Assembly: GCF_009834535.1 (NCBI RefSeq)
Contig: NC_045708.1
Location: 11,408,001-11,472,000, forward strand
DNA from: Camelus ferus
Lineage: Eukaryota
Reading direction: 5' to 3'
DNA: 64,000 nt
The notes under the pieces are model-generated. The model was not told where the DNA came from, made no database searches, and worked only from the letters and a program-made list of their open reading frames with translations. Positions 48,983 to 60,210 of the stretch are shown here, in pieces (within the stretch, counting starts at the first letter, position 1; each line of letters opens with the position of its first letter). The position numbers were made by a program, and so were the translations under genes.

Positions 48983-49127
48983 GTCAGGTGGGCGGCGAAT
49001 GGCCAAGGTGGTGCGTGACTTCCTGAAGGCCCAGCAGGTGCAGGCGCCCGTGGAACTCTACTCGGACTGGCTCTCCGTGGGCCACGTGGACGAGTTCCTG
49101 AGCTTTGTGCCCACCTCCGATCAAAAG
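48983..49127 (+). CDS. PADI1: PADI1 exon 12 ([48 protein letters not shown]), catalytic H472/D474
   Basis: ggccag| acceptor; 145 nt; donor AAG|gtacat. CAC at 49083-49085 and GAC at 49089-49091. Confidence 0.98.
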
Positions 49128-49938
49128 GTACATCCCCTCTCCTCCCGCCCGAGCCACCTCTGACCGGATAGGCTGGGATAGGGCAAAGCCACCTGAAACC
49201 AGCTCACCCTTCTCTGTCCATAGAGAGCTTGGAGTCAGGGTAGCCTGCGGGCCAGGTGGTGTTAATCGGGGGGGGGGGGGGGGCTTCCTGGTGGAGGCCA
49301 GAGCTCAGGTCACGAGGGCACTCATCTGCTCACTACTCGTACTCTTACTGGGTGTTCGCTCTGATTCAAACCTCTCAGCCAAGACCCATAAATGACACCG
49401 ATAATAATTGGTAACATTTACTGAGCACTTATGAGATGTACATGTTTTAATCCATTAAATCCTCTAACAGCCCCATGAGGTGGGTACTGTTATCATGGCC
49501 CCTACTTTGTAGATGAGGAAACTGAGGCTCAGAAGGGCAATCAACCAATAGGGTAAGATTCAGACCCAGATGGTGGGCTCTAGAGCAGCATGTTAACCCC
49601 TCAGCTCCACCACCTTGCAGAGGTGTCTAGGGAGGGCACAGCCCACAGGGAGCAGGCAGCCTGGGAGAGGAGGCCTCCCAGTGCCCAGTGGTTGAGTTCC
49701 CTGGTGGACAAAGTGAGGAAGGGCCTCCAGGCAAGGAGAAGGTCATGGACAAAGGCCTGGGGGTGTGAACCAGCTTGGAGGATTGGGGGATCTGCAGACA
49801 GTTCTCTGTGGCTGGTGGGTGGGATTGAGCAGGGGTGCCATGGGCGGTTGAGCCTCTGAACTCAGGCCTCTCCTGAGTTTGGGGGCTTCTGCATGTCGGG
49901 GGATCCCATACACTGAGCTCTCCCTCCCTCTTTGCCAG

Positions 49939-50032
49939 GGCTTCCGGCTGCTCCTGGCCAGCCCCAGCGCTTGCCTTAAACTGTTCCAAGAGAAGAAGGA
50001 GGAGGGCTACGGGGAGGCGGCCCAGTTTGACG
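49939..50032 (+). CDS. PADI1: PADI1 exon 13 ([32 protein letters not shown])
   Basis: ttgccag| acceptor; 94 nt; donor G|gtgagt. Confidence 0.98.
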
Positions 50033-50792
50033 GTGAGTGCCAACGAGCCCATCACCCCTCTGGACCCTGCGCTCCCGTTGCTAGCCCTGGGCACCACTGG
50101 TGCCCTTCATGGTCGTGCTCTGTTTATAGGCTCTTTGTCTTTGAGCTCTCAGCTCAGAGCCCAACATCACTGATTCTCCCAACACCTTCATATGGGACCA
50201 AAGGATGAGGGCTCTCCCTTTCTTGAGCCAGGGGTGGAAGCCAAGGGACCCGTGGATTGTCCCCGGCACATGCAGGGTGTGACCCCCTCCCTAGGAGTCG
50301 GTGCATCCTGGCCACACCCCAGGAGAGGAAAGAAACAGGAAGCCGAGAGCGCTCCATGTGCCTGTCTGTGCAGGCGCTTCATGCTCTTGACCAATCAGAT
50401 CGCCAACCCCCTCCTCCTTACCCCTTTTCACTGAGGAGGAAACTGAGACTCAGGGAGAAGTGGCCTGCCCAGGGCTAAGCAGCAGGAAGCAGCAGGGACT
50501 CAAGCCAGGAGGATGGTCAGGACCCCTCTGTTGACACTCCTCTGGGACTTGAAAGACCCTCCAAGGGCCGGGCTAGCCCCCTTGAGCATCACCCCCACTT
50601 CCCCACCATGGGGGGTTCAGTGTTCTTACCTGAGGAGTGGAGCACTGGACGGGATATGGCGTACCCTTTGGCTAAGATAGACCTGGATTCAGATCCAGGT
50701 TTTGCCACTTGCTGCCTGTTTCCTCTTCTCTGAATAGGGGGTGATAATTAACCCAACCTAGTATTGTTTTAAAGATCAATAATAAATATAAT

Positions 50793-50929
50793 GGCGGGGG
50801 AGGGTATAGCTCAGTGGTAGAGCATGTGCTTAGCATGCACAAGGTCCTGGGTTCAATCCCCAGTACTTCCATTTGGAAAAAAATGCATATATGTAATTAT
50901 TCCCCCCTCCAAGATATTAAAAAATAAAA
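50793..50929 (+). mobile_element. tRNA-derived camelid SINE (Vic-1-like), copy 3, PADI1 intron 13, with target-site duplication
   Basis: Head gggggagggtatagctcagtggtagagc; B box GGTTCAATCC 50850-50859. Flanked by aataaatataat (50781-50792) and aataactataat (50930-50941), a 12-bp TSD with one mismatch. Confidence 0.9.
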
Positions 50930-51206
50930 AATAACTATAATCGAAGGCCCAGAGCAGGGTAGCCGTACTGTTATTAGGCCCTGAGCGTAGGAGTCCCTTC
51001 CCAAGGAGTCCATAATCCATCACCAGGTTTTACTTGCTGCACGAGCTTGGTCCCATCTGGGTTTCCAGTCTCTGGCTTTCTCCATCCAAGCTTCAGACCC
51101 TGGTGCTGAGGTGGGAGGAAAGTCCTGGCCCAGATCCTGCAGCCCAGGCTGGAGGTAGCTCTGGGCAGGACTCCCTGAGCTGGCTACTGTCTTCTTTGTC
51201 TTGCAG

Positions 51207-51286
51207 GGTTAAATCACCAGGTGAAGAGAAGCATTAACGAGATGCTGGCAGACAGACGCCTCAGGAGTAACAACCTCCATGCACAG
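51207..51286 (+). CDS. PADI1: PADI1 exon 14 (LNHQVKRSINEMLADRRLRSNNLHAQ)
   Basis: ttgcag| acceptor; 80 nt; donor CAG|gtgagg. Confidence 0.96.
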
Positions 51287-52024
51287 GTGAGGGGGGTGGA
51301 GGGTGAAACAGCCCCAGGAACCACTGGGGTGGGGGTGAGGGGTTCAGCCCTGGACCTCTGACTGTCCTGGGTGCTGCTGAGACCTGTGGGTAGGGTAGGG
51401 CCTCTGCCCTTGGGACCCCACAGTCTGGTGGAAGAGACACAGCCACGCCAGTCTGATGGGGGAGAGCTTGCTGTGCTCTGGGGAAATGACAGGTTTCCAT
51501 GGGAGCAGATGCGTTCTCCCCTGAGAAGTCTGGTGAGATCAGAGATGTGGCTGGGAAATAGGGCTCTGTAGGGGCGAGGGAGACCCTGTGAGGAGGTGAG
51601 GAGACAGGTTGGAAGGAGGTCTCAGGAAGAGGCGAAGCTAATGCCTGCCACGTGAGTGGTGCAGGCCTGGCACGGGGTCCTGCTTAGTAAATGGGAGGAT
51701 GCCCTGGGCTTCTCCTCAACTGGGCAGGGGCTTTTAAGCCCAGCTGTGGCTGGAACAGCTTCGGGAGGCAGCAAGCACTTTTGGGACCAGAGACTGCCTG
51801 GGTCCAAAGTCCAGCCCCACTACCTCCTAGCTCTGTGCACTCGGGCAGGTCACTTGAGCTTCCATTTCCCCGTCTGGGGCAGCAATGGCACAAAGCCGTT
51901 GTGAGGATCACAGGAGCTCAAGGACACAGAGGGCCCTGCGCGGGGGCCAGCACACAGCAGGTGCTCAGCAAGCGCTGGCTCCTTCCTGGCTCCCTCGTGC
52001 CTGTGCCTCTCCTCCCACCCCCAG

Positions 52025-52150
52025 AAATGCATCGACTGGAACCGGGAGGTGCTGAAGCGGGAGCTGGGCCTGACCGAGCGGGACATCGTGGACATCCCCC
52101 AGCTCTTCTCCCTGACGGGCTCCTACGCAAAAGCCTTCTTCCCTGACATG
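52025..52150 (+). CDS. PADI1: PADI1 exon 15 ([42 protein letters not shown])
   Basis: ccccag| acceptor; 126 nt; donor ATG|gtgaga. Confidence 0.98.
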
Positions 52151-52332
52151 GTGAGAACGAGGAGGCAGGATGGAGCATTTCTGTCCCTGGGGCCTGACAG
52201 GGTCCTGATGGGCAGTTAGCAGAGGTTCCAGAGGTCCCTGTCCCTGTCCACAGACACTGGCACAGAGGCTGGGGCAGGCCCTGTGAACCTCTCCTAGTGC
52301 TTGCTTTTTGGGCAGATATAGAATATCTCCAT

Positions 52333-52495
52333 CAGTAGTTCTCAACCATGGTGATTTTGCCCCCCAGGGCATTTTGATGGCCGCTGAGCAGGATGCTACT
52401 GGCATTTAGTGGGTGGAGGCCAAGGATGCAGCTAGACATCCTACAGTGCACAGGGCAACCCTCACAGCTAAGGGTTTTTTTCCCCCAAAGAGAAA
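52333..52495. mobile_element. MER20 (hAT-Charlie) copy A, PADI1 intron 15
   Basis: cagtagttctcaaccatggtgattttgcccccc...gatgctactggcatttagtgggtggaggccaaggatgcagctagacatcctacagtgcacagg. Confidence 0.85.
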
Positions 52496-53007
52496 AAGGA
52501 AGCGTGGTTTGGTTCCAAATAGTTCAGGCTTCTGTTTCTGGGCCTCAGGCTGCCTGCTCTGCTCCCCTTCCTGGCACCCTGTCGGCTGCTCCCCAGTAGG
52601 GCTCCTGAATCAGGCAGCTGGGGTGGGTGGTACCTGCCTCCCTGGCTGTCATTAACTCAGGCAGCTGACAAGCAGATGAGCAGATGTGATCTCACCAGTG
52701 TGGCCCCTGGGAGGGCGTGAGCGATGCTATCAGCACAGTGCTGCCCAGAGTGCCCATTAACCCCTTGGGAAAAGATGGGGGGGGTATTGACAACTGTGAG
52801 GGGTGGTTCCCCAGGATGAGAGACCCTCCTTCTTCAGCCTGGGGCCTTTAACTCGAATCCCTGTCATTGGACAAGCCAAGGGTTGGGAGTGAATCCAGGG
52901 AATCCAGGGGTCTTGACTGGACGCAGGTGTGTGGGTGGGGCTTCCCTGCCAGGATTGTATTCACTCCTGACTCCTCGCTGTGGGGTCCTGGCAGAGACCT
53001 GGAAGGC

Positions 53008-53138
53008 AGGGCTTCACAGCCTCGGTACTACTGCTATTTGGGGCTGAAGAATCCTTTGTTCTGGGCGGTGCCCTATGCATCACAGGATGGTTGCAAAATG
53101 CCCTGGGGGACAAAATCACCCTGGTTGAGAAACATTAC
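53008..53138. mobile_element. MER20 copy B (internally deleted, opposite orientation to copy A)
   Basis: The reverse complement reads gtttctcaaccagggtgattttgtcccccaggg...catcctgtgatgcatagggc...aacaaaggattc. Confidence 0.8.
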
Positions 53139-53144
53139 TCTAAG

Positions 53145-53335
53145 TCAGGGCTGTTAGAACTTTCCCAGATGATGGAAATGTTCTACATCTGTGCGCTGTG
53201 ACATGGAATCCACCACATGAGGCTACTAAGCACTTCAAATGTGGCGACTGTGACTGAGGAATGGAATTTTTACCTTTATTTTAAGTCCAACAGCTGCAAG
53301 TGCCTGATGGCTACAGTGTTGAAGAGCAAAGCTGT
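53145..53335. mobile_element. MER3-like hAT-Charlie element
   Basis: tagaactttcccagatgatggaaatgttctacatctgtgc...cacatgaggctactaagcacttcaaatgtggcgactgtgactgaggaa. Confidence 0.8.
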
Positions 53336-54799
53336 AAGGAGGCACCTGGCTCTGGTGCTGGCTGAGGGTTGGGGAGGGCTCAGGACTTTGGTCAGCCCTC
53401 CTTGGGCTGTGGCCTTGCCCACACCTGCTGGGAGCCCCCTTCCCAACATACACCCCCTCTGTGGGAATCTGCCAGCTCCAGCTCAGGCCCTGTGAGAGGA
53501 TCCCAGTGTGTCCTCACTGTCCTTAGGGAACACTCAGTTCACCCCTCATTTGTCAGACGGGGAAAGGGACCCTCAGAGGAGAGTGAGAGCCTGAGGTCAC
53601 CCAGCAAGCAAGTGGGCCAGCCTCCAACCTCCCGAGTCCTCATCCAGGAGGAAGCAAACCGGGCTGCCTGTGGTTCTGAATCTGGCTCTTGGCCCTACTC
53701 CCACCCCAGCATGTTCTGGCCCATTAGTGGGCAACTAGGCAGCTGAGGACCAAGGCCATGGGACTGACCCCAGGGGGACCCTCCAGCTCCATGTTGGTCC
53801 CAGTAGTGGATGGCCCTGCATGGCAGACTTGAGGGTGAGGGGTCAGGGCATGGAGATCAGGAGGGAAGCTCACCCCACACTGAGATGACCTAGTACCAAA
53901 CAAAGCAAGTCCAGAGTCCAGAGTGTCCCCTTTGAGCACCAAGGACAGCTTCTCTGGCCATCCATCTGGGCCAGAGGTTACCTCTAAGAAACCTCTACAC
54001 CCTGCACTGGGCAGACTTCCCTTCCCCTGTGTTAGGGCCCTCAGCCAGGGAAGCAGAGGTGCCACCAGAGATAAACACAGTTGTTCCCAAGGGCTCCCAG
54101 CCCCTTACCCCAACTCCTCAGCACTCCAGGCAGCCACAGTGCAACACTCTGGCAGACTATAAAGAGCACGGGCTGTGGCATGAGTCAGACCTGAGTCAAA
54201 TTTCAATCTCCCCGTTCTCTGACTGTGTAGCCTCGATTACGTTACTTAAGCTGTCTAAGCCATGGCCTTGGAGGGAGGCTGTGGGGTTTAGTGATGCTAT
54301 ATTTGGCACATAGATAATGCCCAATAAACAGTAACAATTATCAGGGCTTCCAGGAACAGTTGAGCAAGATGTGTACTGCACAAATGCACCACGCCTACGA
54401 CATTCACACTGTGGACCTTGTACAGGAGTACATTTGCTGTACAAGTTTCTGGCAGATGACAGTAAAGTCTTGGTCCAACAAAGCTGTTATAATCTAATTT
54501 TCTGATAGATGGAAGAAAGTGTCGGAAGAAGGGGTGACTTCTATTTATATGAAGTTACCAGGTATGTTACTGGCAGCCCTGCCTGTTATTAATCCTGTCT
54601 TCCAACTAGGAATCTATGTCTTTTCTGCTTCCAGAAATTCTAGTTCTTGAGTGAGTGCCAGCCCTGGTGGCCCAAAGATGCTGGCAAGGATGGGACTGGC
54701 CCTGGGGATGGGTCTGCCAGAACCAGAACCCAGAAGAGGCCCCTTGTGTTGAGCATCCCCAGTGAACCAAGTCTCTTTCTTGCCTTCTCTCTTCTTCAG

Positions 54800-55033
54800 G
54801 TGAACATGGTGGTCTTAGGCAAGTACCTGGGCATCCCTAAGCCCTTCGGGCCCATCATCAATGGCCGCTGCTGCCTGGAGGAGAAGGTGCGGTCCCTTTT
54901 GGAGCCTCTGGGCCTCCACTGTATCTTCATCGATGACTACTTGTCCTACCATGAGCTGCTTGGAGAGATCCACTGCGGCACCAATGTGCGCCGGAAGCCC
55001 TTTCCCTTCAAGTGGTGGCACATGGTGCTCTGA
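54800..55033 (+). CDS. PADI1: PADI1 exon 16 coding part ([18 protein letters not shown]...[23 protein letters not shown]), catalytic C645
   Basis: cttcag| acceptor; 234 nt to TGA. The nucleophile codon TGC is at 54974-54976. Confidence 0.98.
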   Translation: MNMVVLGKYLGIPKPFGPIINGRCCLEEKVRSLLEPLGLHCIFIDDYLSYHELLGEIHCGTNVRRKPFPFKWWHMVL

Positions 55034-56786
55034 GCCTACTCCCCATCTGCCATCCTCTCTGCCTACCTGCCAGGGAACCCCGCCAGGGTGAGGAAACTTT
55101 GCCTGGCCTCCATCCTTTTGGGGGAGCCTTGGGTGCTTCCCCCGAGTGCCTGCAGATGTGCTGGTCACGGTGGGTACCAGGACACACGGATGCTGCCTGT
55201 CCTCGCCTCGGGAGTGGCCTACCCAGCTCGAGAAGGACCGTCTTTGTTCTTCCCTCTCCTCTTCCCCATCCACAACTCCCAGAAGTTCTGGAAAAGATCC
55301 AAAGCCTTAGCATGTTCAAGGAAGGCTGTGCGCGGCCTTGACAGGTGCCCCACTTTGAATAGCCGCTCCCCTGTTCTGACATTCCCTTTGTGGTTGCACC
55401 AGGAATGGAACCACAGGGCCTGGGGTTGGATGTGAGGGCCCTGGGTCTAGGCCACCGGTGGCTCTTATAAGACCAGGAAGAAGGATCTGAGGCACCCTCT
55501 TGCCTTTATCAACTGTCTTCTCCTGCCTGGGACCCCCAGGCGGTGACCCCCTAGCATCATATTTACATAGACAAATAAGGACAGAAAACCTCAGCATCTG
55601 GAGGCCTGTTTTAAAAAGAAAAAGCAACAACCCCCTTTAATACCCAACTCCAGCCTCAGAAGAGTGCTTGTGACCTGTTTGGAAAGCCTTTAATTAGGAA
55701 TGCTGGCTGCTTCCGGTTCAAAAATGCTGAGAGGCCAAAGTGAGGCCTGAGGCAGGTGCACAGAGGAAGGTGGGGCAGGAGTGGAGGAGGCCAGGAGGCC
55801 AGGATGGCAGAGGAGGCTGAGACAGGAGGATAAGCCAGGGCCTGGCTTCTGCGCCCTAGGGCTCCCAGGCTTTGGATTTAGGACTGATTGTGAAGGGGTC
55901 TGTCCGTTCCATATGCAGAAAGGGGTGGGGCCCAGATGTTAGAAGAGGGTGGGGGGAGCCATTTAGGTTATCTCTGAGGGTGGAGTTTAATTTCCTTTAA
56001 TAGTCTTTAATTATTCCCCTTCGTTCGGCAGGCAGTGGGAGGGGAGGCTCGCCCAGTCTCTCTCAGCAGCCCAGAGACCCTGCCTGTATTTGGGGTTTCA
56101 CCTGTGAGTAAAAGCCTGAGGCAGGCCTGTGTCCCCTCCCATGGAAGGGAAGGCTGAGCTGCCACTGGGAGTTAATAGCCTGGCCCCAGGTGAGGTCACC
56201 GAGATGTGTACAGGCAGGCTGCCCCAGACAAGCATGGGCAGGAGGGAACCAGCCTGCCCTCCTCGGGGGCTCACAGCCCCCAGGCCCCCTGCCTTCTGGG
56301 TTTTCTCACTGGCCCGAGGTGAGACATAGGCTGAGCCAGCTGCCCTTAAACTCTTTTAACCCTGAGCGATCAGAGGCTACCATGGAGACCCAACGTATGA
56401 AAAAGGAACTGCTCTGGTTTAAGGCAGTGCGGGCCTTGTACCTGGATCCTCCCCTTCCAGAAGGCCCTGTGGAACCCCATTTGCAAGTCCCTGGTCTAAC
56501 CTGTGCACTTTCTGCTCATAATCACGATGCAGCCTAGACTGAGCCAAGAGAAGGAAGCTCTTCAGAGGCCAGAGGGGTGCAGCCAGGGTTGGGATTCCCC
56601 AGGGACCCGGCTGCGGGGGTCAGGGGAGAGGAGTGGGCATTGCAGAGATGGGGATGGTGGGGAGCAAGCCTTCTAGAGTGGCACTGAGCACAGGAAGCTC
56701 TGGAATTGCTGCTGGGCTGTTGAGGGGCGAGCCCTGATGTTCCCTCAGAGAATGTTCCGGGTGACCGGTCACCTCCTTTCTGATTA

Positions 56787-56792
56787 ATTAAA
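56787..56792 (+). terminator. PADI1: Probable PADI1 polyadenylation signal (ATTAAA), implying a ~1.8-kb 3' UTR
   Basis: ATTAAA lies 1.75 kb after the stop, followed by a CA candidate cleavage site and a GT/T-rich element (ttctgttcgttgggctgtgg). I saw no AATAAA between the stop and this point. Confidence 0.6.
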
Positions 56793-58394
56793 ATGTCAAC
56801 ATGCATTTCTTCAAGTGGCTGCCTCCTTAGCTTCTGTTCGTTGGGCTGTGGGGAGGAGGGGAGGAAAGGGCAGGGTGGGGGCTGCCTTCTCTTCCACCCA
56901 CCACGCTCCCAGCTGCTTGGCTCACGTTCCACCGGCCATGGGCAGCTCCTACTCGGCCGAGAGAGCCCCCAGGGCCTGTGCCGGGCAGGCAGGCTGACGC
57001 GGCAGGGTGGCTGGCATTGGCCCATTGCCATGAGGCTGCCTGCCCTGCTGAGATGGCTATCAGGGGAGGGTGGGGCCTACCTCTTCCTCTCACTCCCTTC
57101 CCTGGACTATCTTGTCCATCTCTCAGAGGACAGGCCGGCTGGGCCCTACTGGCAGAGAGGGAGATTTCCCAGCAGGACTGGTACCCAGGGCCACAGGCCA
57201 CTGTAACACCTTTTCATTTCTGCCTCTGTAGCTACTAAGTTACCCAGCCTTGGTGGTCTGAAAACATCACCCCCCTCATCCTACATACTTGGTGCGGCCT
57301 CAGATTGCTCCCTTTGACACTCACTCACCCATTCACTCACTTTATTTTAGCTTTTGTTGTGGACTAATTGGCAAAGAGTTGCTGCCCATCTGTCATTGAC
57401 ACTTTAGTCTGAATGAACCTCAGATCTCTTTCTAAAAGCTGGCATGTATTAACTGGGGAGAGGTGAAGGCATAAGTCTACTTCCAAAGAAAATTACAGAA
57501 TTCTGAGGGGGCGGCTGGTTTAATTCCCAGAGGGAAGCCCCCACTTTCTGCATCTGTTTCCCAACTGTGCCTGCCTGGGGTTTCCTCCTGAGCTCTGACT
57601 CTGACCCAGAGCTGAGTCAGCCACTGAGCCATTTTACAGCCAAGAAAGTGAAGCTGTCACTGGACCCAGTAGCTCAGCAGCTGTCCTTAAAATCATCCTT
57701 ACTTAGAGTCTTGCTGTGATCCTCGAACTGGTGCAAACACACCAGCCGGGGACTCTGGGGAGCAGGTCCTCGTGCCCACCCTGCCTCAGGCTTTCAGCAT
57801 CACCCGGGAGGAGGGAGGAAACCTCTATTCAGCACCTTTTGAACCTTGCTGGGCAGGGTGTACCCCGCTATTATCTCTGCCAGGGCTAGTGATTAGCCAC
57901 ATTTCCTACAGATGAGGAAACCAAGGCTTCGAGAGAGGGAACAAAACTCCCCAAGGCCACACACCAATGCCTGGTGGAGCCTGGATCTGAACCCGAGACT
58001 CCTCTCCCCAGAGCCCTCGCTTCTGCTGTTTCAAGCTGCTGAATGCCCCTTCTGACCTCAATTTCCCCACCTGACCAGTGAGCCTTCCTTCCGAACATTC
58101 CAAGCCCCTCCTGGCCAGAGAGGGTTTTCACCTTCATCACTTACTTTTTTCCAGAGGCTTTGAACCTCTAATAATAACAACAAAAACAATGACCCTCATA
58201 ATAAAATTATGCTGAGCTCCATGCTAGAGCTCTACCCACACTGTCCTATTAAGTCTTACAACAACCACTTTTCAGATGCCAAAGTTGAGGCAAAGAGCAA
58301 CGAAGGGACTTGCCCCGATCACCCGGTCAGGATGTGGTTGAAGCAGGGCTGAAATCCAGCCCTGCCTCTAAAATCCATGCTCTTAAAAAAAGGG

Positions 58395-58540
58395 CTGGTG
58401 TTACTCAAAGAGCATCAAAATGCTTTAGGGGTGCTAGTAAAAAAAAAAACCCAGCTGCCAGGCAGCTTATTAAATTGGAGATTGGGCCTGGGAATCTGCA
58501 TTTTCATCCATTCCCCCAGCTAGGTAGAGAAGCTCCCCAT
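58395..58540. mobile_element. MER5A-like fragment upstream of the PADI3 promoter
   Basis: ggtgttactcaaag...gggcctgggaatctgcatttt. Confidence 0.55.
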
Positions 58541-58739
58541 CTCTGAAAATGCAGGAAAAGTGCGTAAAGAGGATGAGTGCTGAAAGTGAGGAAGGTCCCC
58601 AGATCAATACCCCACATCTCTGCACCCCTCCAAGGCCCTGGTGCCCTGGCCATGTAGGTACCTGTAGGGAACCTACTTGCTCCCCAGTAAAGTGAGAAAT
58701 TAACTCCCTCTGCGCCTGAGGCAGGAGTAACAGGTTCAT

Positions 58740-58910
58740 ATGCAAATACTGGGTTCCTTCCAGCCAATCCTGAGCTCTTGGCTCTGGAAAGGGGCCGGGC
58801 TTCCAGGACTAGAGCCAATGAGCTAGCATCTTGGGCTGCAGGGGCAGGGCCAGGGGCTTTTAAACCACAGGCCAAGGGGTTTTGTGGCCCAAGCTCAGCC
58901 CAAGGCCAAC
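58740..58910 (+). promoter_or_regulatory. PADI3: PADI3 core promoter
   Basis: ATGCAAAT at 58740-58747; CCAAT boxes at 58764-58768 and 58815-58819; GC boxes (GGGGCCGGGC, GGGGCAGGGC); TATA-like TTTAAA at 58859-58864, about 50 nt before the ATG. This fits the known NF-Y/Sp1-Sp3 type of PADI3 promoter. Confidence 0.75.
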
Positions 58911-59002
58911 ATGTCTCTACAGAGGATCGTGCGTGTGTCCCTGGAGCATCCCACCAGCGCTGTGTGTGTGGCTGGCGTGGAGACCCTCGTGGACATTTAT
59001 GG
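58911..59002 (+). CDS. PADI3: PADI3 exon 1 ([31 protein letters not shown]); the rest of the gene lies beyond the window
   Basis: 92-nt first exon paralogous to PADI1 exon 1; donor GG|gtaaga. The translation matches the PAD3 N-terminus, and the position directly downstream of PADI1 fits the cluster order. Confidence 0.96.
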
Positions 59003-60009
59003 GTAAGAGCCAGAAGCCTGGGGGTTTGCAGGCCCCTGGTGCTGACCCCCTTGGGCTCTCCCTACGAGCCATGTGGGGCTTCCTGGCTTGGCTGCCCTCT
59101 CCTGAGCGTTGGCCTTGGAACAGCAGCCAGTCACGGAAGCTTGGGTCCTGGCCTTTCTCAGCCAGACTTCTTAAAGACCCCAGCTGGGGACTTGAAGTGT
59201 GGGAGGCTGAACGAGGGTAGAGACGGTTGCAGTGGCAGAGCTCTGATTCAGGGCTTTTGGAGGCTGCTGGTGCTGTGGGATCTTGGTTACTTTCCTTTTT
59301 CAGAGGATCCTGCAGGCTGGGTCGGGGGTCTCCCTGGGCACACAAGAACAGAAAGAAGTGTACCCTCCACCCCCAGCCTATGAGCTCTGAAGACAGAGCA
59401 TCACTCATTTTTTTAAAAAACTCACTTATACTTAACATAGCACTTACTATGTGCCAAGCACTGTTCTAAGAGCTTGACAAGCCTCTTGAATTTAATCCTT
59501 GAATTTTAACTCTCGAATCTGACTTTCACAGCAACCCTGGGAGCTAACTTTATTATTAGCTTCCTTTTGTTTGCCAGATGAGGAAACTGAGGCCCAGGGA
59601 GGGCAAGCCATTTGCTCAATCACACAGTTACTAAGTGGCAAACCCAGAATTTAAACCCGTTCATGGTCAAGTGTCCTGTGCTTTCAGCTGGCTGCCACTT
59701 GAGGAGGAACACCCATGCACTATGCCCCTGCTGTGCGCCATGGCCACAGCCGTGTCCTTAAAGCCAGTGCCTGGAGGTCAGGCCCCACCTTATCGCCCTC
59801 TCCCAAAAAGAAAAGGAGAGTTTGGGCAGAGTTGCAGGAGCTGGGCTCTGGGAATCACCAGGGAACTAGCTACGTTACCTTTTGAGGAGTCTCCAGGGGT
59901 CCCAGCTCCAAGGCTGAGTGGGGGACACAGGTAATCAGGGGACTAGGAGGGGAGAAGGCAGAACCGTGTCACTGTTCCCATCTCGCAGGTCTCCCACCCT
60001 CTCCTGAGA

Positions 60010-60210
60010 CCGGGTTTCTCAGCCTCAGCAATCTTGGCACGGTCATTCCTTGGCGAGGGGACCGTCCTGTGCGCTGTGCCATGTTGAGCAGCGTCTCTGG
60101 CTTCTGCTCACTAGCTGCTGGTAGCACACTACTCGTGGCAGCCAAAAACATCTCCAGACATTGCCAAATGTGCCCTGGAGGGAAACGTCACCCCCAGCTG
60201 AGAACCTGTA
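60010..60210. mobile_element. MER20, PADI3 intron 1
   Basis: gggtttctcagcctcagc...ctgtgcgctgtgccatgttgagcagc...ccaaaaacatctccagacattgccaaatgtgccctgg...gctgagaacc. Confidence 0.85.

Larger units (their letters stand above)
19763..55033 (+). other. PADI1: PADI1 gene span (start codon to stop codon), 16 coding exons, protein-arginine deiminase type-1, 663 aa
   Basis: Exon lengths 92+181+73+62+118+126+173+104+124+108+152+145+94+80+126+234 = 1992 nt, giving one open frame. All junctions are GT-AG with consistent phases. The translation matches PAD1-specific motifs ([15 protein letters not shown]..., [62 protein letters not shown]). Confidence 0.98.

Noticed and set aside
49267-49282. Poly-G run in intron 12 as a G4 element
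   Set aside because: A homopolymer of uncertain length that is prone to sequencing or assembly error; no supporting context.
54647-54799. Upstream in-frame extension of the last PADI1 exon (128-aa ORF), and similar extensions of exons 2, 3, 6, 7, 9, 10 and 13
   Set aside because: These are open intronic frames running into true exons. Canonical acceptors give exon sizes that add up to exactly 663 aa, so no alternative N-termini are supported.
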